Assembly: GCF_021869535.1 (NCBI RefSeq)
Contig: NW_026262581.1
Span: 97,588,001-97,652,000 of the forward strand
Origin: Mytilus californianus
Lineage: Eukaryota
DNA: 64,000 nucleotides
Direction: 5' to 3'
Position 1 is the stretch's first letter. Each line of letters opens with the position of its first letter. Both the position numbers and the translations under genes were made by a program. The notes under the pieces were generated by a model. That model saw only the letters and a program-made list of their open reading frames with translations, did no database searches and had not been told where the DNA came from. Shown one piece after another: positions 50,101 through 57,370 of the stretch.

Positions 50101-50860
50101 GTTGAACTTTTTGTCATGTCACCGTAGGAAGCAGCTGCATGCCTTGCTGATGAAGCTGTGGTGGACTGCAGTGTTAGTTGATTTACATCAGCTACGAAAA
50201 GTAAGGCGTTATTAAATGTATAGTAATGATAAGAAAATTTTTCAGATTAAGAAAAGCGAATGGATATTCTGTTTCCTCTTGTGTCATGATGAAATGATGT
50301 TATGATTTACCTCATGACAAAATTCTGATATTAAAAATGAAAGTTTATTTAGATCTGCCAAAGAATCATTACAAATCATATTCGTGTTTGTTTTTTTGTT
50401 TTTTTTCTAATCTTCTGAATTAACCAAATAGTTCAATTATTTCATAATTGCTTACTGGAACATTCTCCACCATCTGCAAATATGTCACCACTAAATGTTG
50501 CTGAAACTCTGTGAACAATAGAAATACGTCCACCTCCGCCTCCTCCGCCCGTCCCGCTTCCTGTTCCACCACGTGCTGTAACCATTCCACTTCCTTTAAA
50601 ATAATCTGTGTCTATGTAAATACTTCCACCGCTGCCACCACCACAGTTACTACCGTCAGCGTTACCATTAGCAGATACCAATCCATCAACCCTGACGTCA
50701 TCTGTAGCTTTCAATGTAATAACACCGCCTCCTTTGCCACCGGTAGAACAACCACCTCCACTTCCAAAGTCACTTGGTTTTTCGATGCCACCATATGCTA
50801 CAGCTTCGTTGGACTTTAGATATATACCAGTTTTCATGCCACCACGTCCACCATAAGAAC
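1..50860 (-). CDS. Giant Gly-rich repeat extracellular protein with an inserted F5/8 type C (discoidin) domain; 27 exons, about 3260 aa in window, partial at both ends
   Basis: Manual exon chaining on the minus strand: every junction has AG/GT and matching phase. Recurrent motifs GAGHGGxGG, YGxxxxPxxxGSxGG, GGGSGGSIxI, GGGGGRI, GGPGT, TLxIDN, GDxSGxxH. Many NxS/T sequons. No start or stop codon found in the window. Confidence 0.9.
3423..4133 (-). CDS. Exon 26: YHFDELQIYG...MIGDRSGAIH...DLPF...GAGHGGSGGRGY
   Basis: ORF 3391..4161; acceptor TTGCAG, donor GTATGT; phase 1 to 1. Confidence 0.92.
4355..4990. repeat. Degenerate about 138-bp tandem repeat (about 5 copies) in the intron between exons 25 and 26
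   Basis: CCTAGCA(T/C)AAAAAGATG-like units near 4368, 4505, 4643, 4780 and 4930. Confidence 0.6.
5460..5603 (-). CDS. Exon 25: YDHTTLLLNN...KAWFLPEHGKHTFA
   Basis: Acceptor TTGACAG, donor GTATGT; phase 1 to 1. Confidence 0.87.
6598..6775 (-). CDS. Exon 24: GYGEFQSIGG...GAGSGGRISMEF...GSPGTSFFHHK
   Basis: ORF 6569..6802; phase 0 to 1; donor GTATAT. Confidence 0.9.
7377..7651 (-). CDS. Exon 23: AGHGGRGGRG...APYG...GGRGGG...GGGSGGSINIDINNIK
   Basis: ORF 7284..7493 extended; phase 1 to 0; donor GTTAGA. Confidence 0.9.
7839..8050. mobile_element. Tc1/mariner-type MITE (TA|CTGTGGATTCATT...AATGAATCCACAG|TA)
   Basis: TIR plus TA flanks; a second copy lies at 29697-29904. Confidence 0.8.
8149..8311 (-). 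CDS. Exon 22: ANKLWVQGGGHV...IVDDLG...GYSSSTGGS
   Basis: Phase 0 to 1; donor GTAAAA. Confidence 0.87.
8799..8994 (-). CDS. Exon 21: GSLGVVDMTIGNAC...FNTLTVKAGGEVTV...SSMAIT
   Basis: ORF 8727..8972; phase 2 to 0; donor GTGAGT. Confidence 0.87.
9355..9543 (-). CDS. Exon 20: PFQLKSLKFEGDKTGVLHVGPGQ...VYVYHGGTLIL
   Basis: Phase 2 to 2; donor GTGAGT. Confidence 0.87.
10465..10670 (-). CDS. Exon 19: DTITDVINRTLILDNNG...RTWI...FENLRIQGKANLAL
   Basis: Phase 0 to 2; donor GTAAGT. Confidence 0.87.
10894..11046 (-). CDS. Exon 18: VNGGNGVSLGAGGGGRMMIYY...GGAGTIYLQ
   Basis: Phase 0 to 0; donor GTTAAT. Confidence 0.88.
11548..11880 (-). repeat. 116-bp tandem repeat (about 3 copies) of exon-17 3' end plus GTAAGT donor
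   Basis: Donor-adjacent positions 11780, 11664 and 11548. Confidence 0.92.
11780..11937 (-). CDS. Exon 17: GGMMVIT...AAGGSGGCIYITTDSIEGKGTLQ
   Basis: AG at 11939-11938, donor GTAAGT; phase 1 to 0. Confidence 0.85.
12088..12347. repeat. 260-bp foldback palindrome
   Basis: Arms nearly perfect around a loopless centre at 12218/12219 (AAGAGAT|ATCTCTT); 33-bp bulge in the left arm, 31-bp duplication in the right arm. Confidence 0.9.
12599..12688 (-). CDS. Exon 16: SLPGKEYGSLYGPCYFGSGGFGASKSYGS
   Basis: Within ORF 12462..12773; phase 1 to 1; donor GTACTT. Confidence 0.85.
13757..14276 (+). mobile_element. tRNA-derived SINE, about 520 bp
   Basis: A-box-like ..AGTAGTTAAG and B-box-like GGTTGGATTC in the head; central TACTTCAGCTTCTTCCACC core; (ATCAA)n tail. 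Confidence 0.55.
14705..16242 (+). mobile_element. Helentron/pearl-like non-autonomous element with about 8 x 166-bp internal tandem array
   Basis: GGCGGCC recurs at 15020, 15186, 15352, 15518, 15684, 15850 and 16016 (period 166). A (GAC)n microsatellite follows, then the hairpin AGCTCACTTGGCCC-TTT-GGGCCAGGTGAGCT at 16207-16237. Confidence 0.8.
16851..17175 (-). repeat. About 70-bp tandem repeat (5 copies) of exon-15 3' end plus GTAAGG donor
   Basis: TTTGACCTTAC at 16852, 16921 (degenerate), 16991, 17061 and 17131. Confidence 0.9.
17142..17352 (-). CDS. Exon 15: VQKSGHTG...SASGYGY...GGGYGGRGGANSAS
   Basis: ORF 17083..17358; donor GTAAGG; phase 0 to 1. Confidence 0.88.
17413..17618. mobile_element. 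TA-flanked MITE (CTGTTAATTCAGAAATT...); related copy at about 5712-5911
   Basis: Inverted ends CTGTTAATTC / GAATTAACAG with TA flanks. Confidence 0.65.
18111..18238 (-). CDS. Exon 14: ATLEFEESSNRNLTFSNFTVQNGGKLEL...YHLQ
   Basis: AG at 18240-18239, donor GTACTT; phase 1 to 0. Confidence 0.82.
18465..19942. mobile_element. 1478-bp P-superfamily-like non-autonomous element
   Basis: 29-bp perfect TIR CATGGAAGTATTATATTGACAGGAACTAC; 7-bp flanks ATAAAAC / ATGAAAC (1 mismatch). CATG termini and a 7-8-bp TSD are typical of P elements. Confidence 0.75.
20010..20585. mobile_element. MITE with AGGTCCAGTAAG / CTTACTGGGCCT ends
   Basis: Imperfect inverted termini. Confidence 0.55.
20736..20955 (-). CDS. 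Exon 13: STRYRRANVTYHPFIY...GDLAHLLVST
   Basis: ORF 20722..20931 extended; phase 0 to 1; donor GTAAAT. Confidence 0.85.
21752..21936 (-). CDS. Exon 12: AVAFLLP...YDFTMVEIYGGAHL...GDDTGHLH
   Basis: ORF 21731..21955; phase 1 to 0; donor GTTAGA. Confidence 0.88.
22166..22345 (-). mobile_element. SINE 3' fragment with (CAAT)n tail
   Basis: Minus strand reads GGTTCTCTCCGGGCACTACGGCTTCCTGCACC, a common invertebrate SINE core, followed by CAAT repeats. Confidence 0.55.
22531..22591 (-). CDS. Exon 11: VTEPSGTTADISHFNTYKST
   Basis: 61 bp; acceptor TTTGTAG, donor GTAAAT; phase 0 to 1 is required to bridge exons 10 and 12. Confidence 0.75.
22775..23448 (+). mobile_element. Helentron/pearl-like element with about 3 x 169-bp array and (GGAC)n, inserted into an interspersed repeat
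   Basis: GACCTTGACC at 22891, 23060 and 23229; sub-terminal inverted GGGCCCCGCTG / CAGCGGGGCCC. The host repeat continues on both sides. Confidence 0.78.
23866..23963 (-). CDS. Exon 10: GSGYEPGGPGIMYFHGKTSRNLRVDNKCQKPM
   Basis: Within ORF 23770..24042; phase 1 to 0; donor GTAATT. Confidence 0.85.
24606..24789 (-). CDS. Exon 9: VTNAGGGSGGSLYV...GGGGSGGRINFFF
   Basis: AG at 24791-24790, donor GTTAGT; phase 0 to 1. Confidence 0.88.
25243..25484 (-). CDS. Exon 8: Gly block GASGGSYGARGGRG...PYGSIF...GSGGG...GGRGGG
   Basis: Phase 1 to 0; donor GTAGGT. An alternative in-frame donor GTAATA 6 nt further would end the exon at 25237. Confidence 0.85.
26006..27041 (-). CDS. Exon 7: 1036-bp beta-strand-rich segment ending LDVSGGGYLNSKGT
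   Basis: ORF 25935..26987 extended to the acceptor (VATTYNKIRARY...); donor GTGAGT; phase 0 to 1. Confidence 0.9.
27258..28219 (-). CDS. Exon 6: 962-bp beta-strand-rich, non-Gly segment
   Basis: ORF 27246..28151 extended to the acceptor (AVAWINDDSF...); donor GTTTGT; phase 1 to 0. Confidence 0.9.
29697..29904. mobile_element. Tc1/mariner-type MITE, same family as 7839-8050
   Basis: TIR CTGTGGATTCATT, TA flanks. Confidence 0.82.
30983..31120 (-). CDS. Exon 5: GPGGPGTIFLAQSG...FDAASS
   Basis: ORF 30975..31208; AG at 31122-31121; donor GTTTGT; phase 1 to 1. Confidence 0.85.
31309..32893. mobile_element. 1.6-kb non-autonomous TIR element (YAGAGCTCCAGATAAG)
   Basis: Inverted ends at 31309 and 32893, ACTGTT on both flanks, subterminal AAAACCCAAT repeats. 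Confidence 0.75.
34162..34190. repeat. 29-bp hairpin flanked by 7-bp direct repeat GTCCTAC
   Basis: CAGAGACATATA-TGTAT-TATATGTCTCTG; GTCCTAC at 34155-34161 and 34191-34197. Confidence 0.8.
35234..37549 (+). pseudogene. Broken transposon-borne gene C-terminus: AT-hook-like KR(G)RPKG, VIGLP motif and PHD finger
   Basis: Frameshifted pieces ..KKR/RPKGFTQTVTCVIGLPKK..LVWFV../..EEEHVETSPE..DAWKS, then an insertion, then ICNFC..VMCSSCLQWQHLSC..WFCNTC (C4HC3 PHD spacing). Confidence 0.75.
35771..37350. mobile_element. Nested TIR element (CAGGGGCGTAGCTAC...GTAGCTACGCCCC) interrupting the PHD gene
   Basis: Inverted ends; AAATC repeated on both flanks (35766-35770, 37351-37355). Confidence 0.75.
38737..38781 (-). 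CDS. Exon 4: 45-bp Thr/Pro-rich linker micro-exon (GTVSVPPTTCSSTTT)
   Basis: Acceptor TTTTATATTACAG, donor GTAAGC; phase 1 to 1; joins in frame to exons 3 and 5. Because it is short, a chance match cannot be excluded. Confidence 0.6.
38936..38971. repeat. 36-bp perfect palindrome flanked by 7-bp direct repeat ATCATTG
   Basis: CTGGGACTATTATACTAA|TTAGTATAATAGTCCCAG; ATCATTG at 38929-38935 and 38972-38978. Confidence 0.88.
40183..40370 (+). pseudogene. Decayed N-terminus of a RecQ-like SF2 helicase inside the TIR element
   Basis: From ATG 40183: MAT*KWKNNIENALTEILP*YKVKELKFEKRQILEIKDCMVRLPT, then after a frameshift ..TGYGKSL.. and YQI. This resembles RecQ motif I (KD.xxxLPTGxGKSLxYQ). Confidence 0.6.
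40952..41350 (+). repeat. Abundant interspersed repeat family (GATGTGGTATGATTGCCAATGAGACAAC...); longest copy
   Basis: Same sequence at about 22705-23540 (interrupted), 29245-29690 (-), 31145-31265, 52960-53150 (-), 58970-59140 and 62990-63090. Confidence 0.8.
44130..45169. mobile_element. Helentron/pearl-like element with degenerate internal tandem units (inside the 8.24-kb element)
   Basis: Recurrent GACCTTGACCTCATTTTCATGGTTCA / ACTATATTTGGTGTA units; a degraded copy lies at about 46020-46550. Confidence 0.6.
46673..47197. mobile_element. PIF/Harbinger-like MITE copy with nested insertion
   Basis: Same TIR as 60447-60728. Confidence 0.75.
49220..49388 (-). CDS. Exon 3: C-terminal half of discoidin domain
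   Basis: VTLSYPSNGFSGNTDNNGIVYNDLVAPIYTSKIRFYPQTWNNGISMSVKLYGYNNY, matching FxGNxD...PI...IRxxPxTW...ISMxxxLYG. Acceptor TTCCAG, donor GTATAT; phase 0 to 1. Confidence 0.85.
49938..50191 (-). CDS. Exon 2: N-terminal half of F5/8 type C (discoidin) domain
   Basis: Translates DVNQLTLQSTTASS...SWRAYYFNTDQWLQASLSSPKWITRVATRGHQSYNMWIKTFKIQYYNDTSSAW, matching the discoidin pattern WLQxxL...xxxVATxG...WxxxxKIxY. Acceptor TTTTCGTAG, donor GTATGA; phase 1 to 0. Confidence 0.85.
50456..50860 (-). CDS. Exon 1 (most 5' found): Gly-rich block SYGGRGG...GGGSGGSIYI...GGGGGGGRISI...DGGECS
   Basis: ORF 50442..50837; acceptor AG at 50862-50861; donor GTAAGC after 50456; phase 1 to 1. Confidence 0.9.
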
Positions 50861-53800
50861 CTGTTTATAAAAGAGGACTAAAGGTTTGAAAAATCTATAG
50901 GAATTCCGGAAAAAAGATAAGATATTTAGAAAAAACACTAGTACAGAAAACGTTCAAGTAAAACAAGAGACTGACATTTAAAAAAAAAGAAGAAACTAAT
51001 TTCTTTGTTGTTGCTGACAGAATTATGGCTACCATATCCCATTATCATGATTATGACGTCTTGTATTAAAGGATATTTCCTTCTATTTATTGCTGTGACG
51101 CCTTCCTACGTAGGCTTGCAAGATGTAATAATAATTTGGACTGCCATATCCTTGACTCTATCTTCTGATATATTCGTTTTCAGACATGTCGGATTTCCTT
51201 CTTTTGGACAAGAAGCATGAAATAATGATCATATATATAAAAAATAAAAATGAATAAATTACTTTGGAAACTTCAAATCAACGTAAGTATAAAGATAATT
51301 TATACATAAAAAAAACCAGAAGCCCGATATATTAAAATTTACAATGGCTCGATTATTCAACTAACTAATCCCAATTCATGAAAATTCATCCGAAACACAG
51401 TTTCCCTATAATATAGCCATAAAATGTAGAATCATAATTTTAGGAATCTTTCGCTTGCATCCGGATTTCTAAGCACCTCGTCTCCTTTCTTTTGTAGAAC
51501 TAAATGATGAGTTCCGTGAACAACCGAATGAAGATTTGCTCGACCTTTGCTAATTGTGCCGTAAATAGAATTTTATTTAACTAACATTAAGCTTATTTTA
51601 TTAAGGTTTGCAACATCACTGTATAATAGACTACACTTGTATTTGTGATTTTTACTTGGGATAGGTAGATATATAAATATCACCAGGTTTATAGAACCGA
51701 TGTCGTTCTCAGTCCTGGGTTTTGGTCCTTATACTGATTGCATTCAGTTTATGTGTATCGTGGGTAACAAAAAGTTATCGTAAAAATACAATTAATTAAG
51801 TTATGTATACGTCAACGACCATGATCTCATTTTATTATCCTTGTGATCAAGAAAAATCAAACATTGACATTTGATTTGTTCTCGTGAAGGAATGGAGTAA
51901 AGGTTCATACTTTTAAATGAATATATACAATAAACAAGAATTAACAAGAATATAGACATCTATAGATGATGTAAAATCATTTTATTTAAAACCTATTGAT
52001 GGGTTAAAAATAGAATGATTTTTGTGTTAAAAGCATTTTTCTAAATATTTGTCAATGTTTGTCTAATCTGAATTTTGAACCTTGTTTACTGTAAGGGGGA
52101 AAAAATCTTCAATATGCCGATAAAGTGAAATAATCATAGAAATACCAGGCTTAAAATTTCGTGCACCAGACTCGCGCATAAAGATGATGTTCAATAAGAA
52201 CAAGACTTAAAAATCATATCCGGAGCTTTGTTGCTTATCTACCTTTCAGTTCCGTCAATTTTCCATAAAAATATAAGATATTCTTTATATCAAAATGCTT
52301 ACTTCATGTTTAACCCACATTTCAGGTGAATTAAGAACTGTCCTTCTATGAAACTGTTAAGCAAAGAAATCAGTAGAAAAACGAATCAGTCTAACGAATA
52401 CACCTTTTTAAATTGTTAAAAAAAATTTTAGACGAAGTAAAAAAAAGCAATTAAACATTAATGAGATACAGAAAATAATTCCTTATAATATGTCAATAGT
52501 TTATTTGTTTAATATTCTCGAATTACGTGACACAATAAGTATTCTTGTTGTACAATAGCTAGCGTGACTGATAGCAATAATACGAAACCAAATGTTTCAA
52601 AAGTTGAAAATAATTGTGACGAAAATTGCCAAAAATTGAAATGAACATATCGTTATCTTTTGTCATATTGTCAACATCGGCAATATAATCACTTCAGTCT
52701 TATTTATTATTTTTTATTTGGAAGAATGACAAATGGTATCTGGCAGATAAATCTCAGTCATTCCAATTTAGCCAATCAGCGTTTGTCCTATCAGAAACTA
52801 AACAATTTCTGACTAGGGGATAGTTAGACATTGAAAACAAACGGATTTTTAAACCAGAGGCCGGTACACGTAAACCTTTATGAACTTAAAAGGTCGTGAT
52901 GACTTAACATACATTGGGTGATTCATTTAAGGAGTTTAAACTTAAAGGCACACATTTAAGAAAACTCATTTCTCGTTTGAATTGTTTTACATTTGTTATT
53001 TCGGGGCATTTTACATTGCTTACTATGAGGTATGGGTTTTGCTCATTGTTGAAGACCGTACGGCGACTTATAGTTGTTAACTTGTACTTCAATTGGTCTC
53101 TGGTGGAGAGTTGTTTCATTGGCAATCATACCATATCTTCTTATTTTTAGCTCAACCATTTGGAATGTCGTATGTGGCATTAAGATCTATCAATTAACAA
53201 GAACAGAACGGAAAAAAATAAATGTACACACCGCAAGATAGTTTCAAAGAGTCAATAGTTACATTACAAAAAGTTACATTTCATCTATATTTTTGTAAGA
53301 ATGGCATTTGAATTGGCAGAAAAGACAGTCAGGTCCTGTTTTAAAGTGATGATTTTTGTCCCGAAAAAATGCAAAATCCCTGCATGACTGCACGTGCTTT
53401 TCATGAAAAAATTTATAAAAAGTGCGTACGAACACTATATTTAAAAAAAAACAACAACGAAAGCTTGACCTAGCTCGCAATTTCCCTGCTTTAACATTAA
53501 AATGTAATTTTAAGAATTGAATGCGTAATTTTGTAGTGTTATAGGGTTGTTTAAACGTTGATCGCTTTTACACCCTACTAAAACTGCAAAAGAGGCATTC
53601 AATTGTAAAATACAACCGATGACCACAAAATGGGAAATCATGCTGCAGGCATTATCACTCGGGAAATCATGTTGCATGCAGGCATTATTACTCGGTAATT
53701 GTAGGTCCACGACACCAAACATCTTATTTTGAAATAAATGACAGTATTTATGTTTTTATCAGTTAAGGATTTGCCGCTTTAGTTAACAACTAAACAAAAC

Positions 53801-55334
53801 ATAAAAATTCACCTTAAGAATCTAAGAATCGAATGCAAAAATCTAACTTGCATTATATCAAATTGCTATTTAAATTAAATTGAAAAAAAAGTCTGGTAAT
53901 GTGGACATAGTGTAAACAAATTATTCCGTTTGTTACAAAGGTCATACAAAGTTTACAATGTAAATATATATGAATTAAAGGAGGTATTTTAAATCGTAAT
54001 GATATACGTAGTAGATAATTTATCAAATGTAATGGGTTCGAAAAGGATAATCCACGAGCGACGTCAGTTTCCGAATCCTGCCATGTTCTTCCCATAAACT
54101 TTTCTTACCTAACCAATTTCCTGTAAAACTTTGTGAACGTTATGTACATGTTATCACCATAAATGAAAGGAAATATCTAAAGACAATGTTATTTTTTTTT
54201 TTTTTTTATTTCTGAAAGTACGAACATGGGTGCATTCGTACGGGTCACGTCTATATTTAGGCATACGACAAGTTAACGAAAGTAACGTTTACTATATATT
54301 GATAATGTCATTGTTCGGATGGTATATTAACATATTACCAAGATTTAGGTAATTTCTGACTATGATGAAACCTAAATTATTGCTTTGAAAATATGTTAAT
54401 TATTCAAATATGAGAAAAAAGTGCGAGTGGCCGTAATCGTATAGGTAATCGTATTTATAGGCATTTGACCGTCCTAAAAATTGAACGATATACATGTTAA
54501 AAATAGAGAGTTCTAATCTTGAATCTGGAATAACAATAAATATTATAGCGATCATCGCGCTACAAAATTAATTTTTGCCATTTTGACTAAAAAAAAAATA
54601 GGTATACGATAAGAGATTTCATTCAAAATACTTGTATAGTTATATTGTTTATTTGGACAAATTATGACCAAACAAGCCAGAAGATAAAGAACAGCAATAA
54701 AAGGTGATTTTGTTCCATGAATCGATACACAATTTCCTTTCCTGCATTTCTTTCATTCTCAACTGTTGCTGGGCAGTCTTATTCATTTTAGCTTTTGTTC
54801 ACATGATAATTTCCTGCAAAATATTCATTTACATTTTGTATGGGCAAGAAGATTTTCCTCATTTTTTATTAGCTCAATATATATTCATTCCCGAATCCTC
54901 CTGCTCCCCGGTCTCCCCACGAAAATCAAACTGACGTCAACCTGGAATAGTTGCAATCGCATAATGCTACTGGTTTTTCTTTTTAGAAATTTTGATATTC
55001 AAATATATTGAACTGTTCACTGAAAAAAGAATTTAAAACGCAGTACCTTTTATATTTTGGTATTGCTAAATGAATATTCTGCTTTATTTTTAGACTTTTT
55101 ATAGTTGAATTGTTATTATGATCCTGTTTTGTTTAATAAATGAAGGACACGTATATGTATGGAGTTATCGAACAATATCCAAATAAAATAAGTCTTAATT
55201 CAAAATTAAAAACAATGAATGGGGAATGAGACAGCAACACAATTTGGGTACACGTACACAAATGTATGTATTGCCATGAATTGTCCATATATCAGTTTAA
55301 CAGTATATATTTATTAACATTATTTATTTGTCAG

Positions 55335-55415
55335 CTGTCGTGATCAAGTGGTATTGTGTACTGACTGCAGGCCATGATCTTTCTGGAATAAATAGTTCAA
55401 GTTCGATCCCTATAG
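55335..55415 (+). other. tRNA-like remnant (probable SINE head), not a functional tRNA
   Basis: A-box-like TGATCAAGTGG and B-box GTTCGATCCC; no convincing cloverleaf. Confidence 0.3.
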
Positions 55416-56412
55416 GTGTTATTCGTTTTGAGAGGTAAATATGTCACAAGTTAAAATTTAGAATGTGAGTCAACTTCAGTTGATAGTTGGTTCATCAAAA
55501 TTTAATCTGGTTATAATAGTTGACTGACGTATTAGAAATGCCAATGGATAAATGATAGGTAAATGTGTAGGGAAATGGGGAAAAGGATTTTTATGGTATT
55601 TTATTATGCAAATCCTTGTTGGGTATGAAACAATACATATTGGATTTCAAGTAAATTTCATAGTTGCTAATGGAATTTGACCGATATATATATATACAAG
55701 GAATGACTATTTAGTGTTTATTGCTAAACATTTGGATATTGAGTGTCTGATTAATGATTAATATCAACAAAGAATTCTATGTATATCCAAGAGAATGATA
55801 ATCCTTTTCTTCATGATTAAGTACAAACGTAACGGTTAGAGAGTACTTATCATGAAGAAATGGATTATCAGACTCTTACAAACTTAGAATATTGTAAAGT
55901 GCTCAAAGCTTAAATGATCTCTTGATTGGTTGTATTTAAGAATTAGTTTCATTGTCGGTGCACTGTTTGTAACTAATGCATGACTTCCTTTTTAGGCATT
56001 TCATTTATGGATTAGTTTTAGTGATGTAAAGACTTTCTTATAATTTTGGAAAATATAATAGATTGTGTTTTAGACATTAGATGACCCAACATGAAATGGT
56101 AAGAAATGTTTCCTGATTGTGAGTATGGATGTAAATCATGTAATATGTAGCGAGGAATTATCTTTTTGTTAATTTCCACTTCAAATCAATAAATTCAAAA
56201 TTTGAGTTATAACTAAATTTTATTTTACAGCCAATATTTTAGTCCAGTCCTTTACAACAAATACTATTTCATTATGTCAGCGAAATGTTCAAATACAATG
56301 CCTTTAAAAGTTTGAAATATATTCAAAAGTTAAACTAAATTCCTTTTTTTAGAACTTCATCAGAATATTGGACAAATGCTATTCTCGACAACCACGGATC
56401 CAGTAATCTGAG

Positions 56413-57370
56413 TTTTTGTCTCGCCTTGGCGAAGTCAAAAAGCGAGACATAGGGATGCTGTTTCCGGCGTCGGCGTCGTCAACAATGTATTAGTTTGTGA
56501 TAAGGTATATTTTATGGTGAACCACTAGTGGTAGGTCAATGATATTTGGTATGCAGTTGTATTAGCATTGGCATATATCATTTCCATGGAGATTATTTGG
56601 CTCCGCCCCTTAGATATGGTCTATTGACTTTGAAACTTTTGCTTAGTTTACATGTATTAGTTTGTGATTATGTCAGTTTATGGGGAACCACTAGTAGTAA
56701 GTCATTGATATTTGATATGCAGCTGTATAAACATTGGCATATCTCATTTCCATGGAGATTATTTGGCTCCGCCCCTCAGTCATGGTGTAACGAACCTTTG
56801 CCTCGTTTTCATGTATTAGTTTGTGATTAGGTCAGTTGAACTGTTAAAGGGGAACCATTAGTGGTAGGCAAATGTTAATTAGTATGCAGTTGTATAAGAA
56901 TTAGAACATCTCATTTCCATGGAAAATATGTGGCCCTGCCCACTCAGGCATGGTCTATTGACTTTGAACCTTTTGCTTAGTTTAAATGTATTAGTTTGTG
57001 ATTAGATCAGTTTAAGATGAACCGCTAATATTAAGTCAATGATATTTGGTATGCAGTTATATAAGCATTTGCAAGTCTTGTTTCCATGGAGATTATATAG
57101 CCCACCCCTTCATCATGGTTCATTGACTTTAAAACTTTTACAAAGTTTACAAGTTAATGGTTGTGTTTAGATTGTTTAAAGGGAACGACTGATGATAAGT
57201 CAATGGTATTTGGTATGCAATTGTATTAGAATTGGCACATCTCATTTCCATGGAAATTGTTAAGCCGTGTTCCTTCAGTCATGGTTCATTGACTTCGAAT
57301 ATTTGCATAACTTACATGTTAAAGTATTGCTATTTTAATTTCAACATTTGCATTATCAAAATTACACAGT
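56413..57370. mobile_element. Helentron/pearl-like element with about 5 x 165-bp array
   Basis: Terminal hairpin GTCTCGCC..GCGAGAC and a CGGCGT microsatellite; units start near 56521, 56687, 56854, 57021 and 57185. Confidence 0.72.

Noticed and set aside
1-50860. Collagen, tenascin or G8-domain assignment for the large protein
   Set aside because: No Gly-X-Y periodicity and no EGF, FN3 or recognisable G8 motifs in the traced exons; no gene symbol can be supported.
51498-51553. Possible plus-strand terminal exon (TTTTGTAG|..LNDEFREQPNEDLLDLC*)
   Set aside because: Good acceptor, but only 18 codons, no partner exons and no recognisable homology.
54932-54939. Perfect CRE palindrome TGACGTCA
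   Set aside because: No promoter context; it is part of a weak inverted pair with about 54062 and may be a TE end or chance.
55335-55415. Functional tRNA gene
   Set aside because: A- and B-box-like motifs are present but the stems do not pair; kept only as a low-confidence SINE-head remnant.
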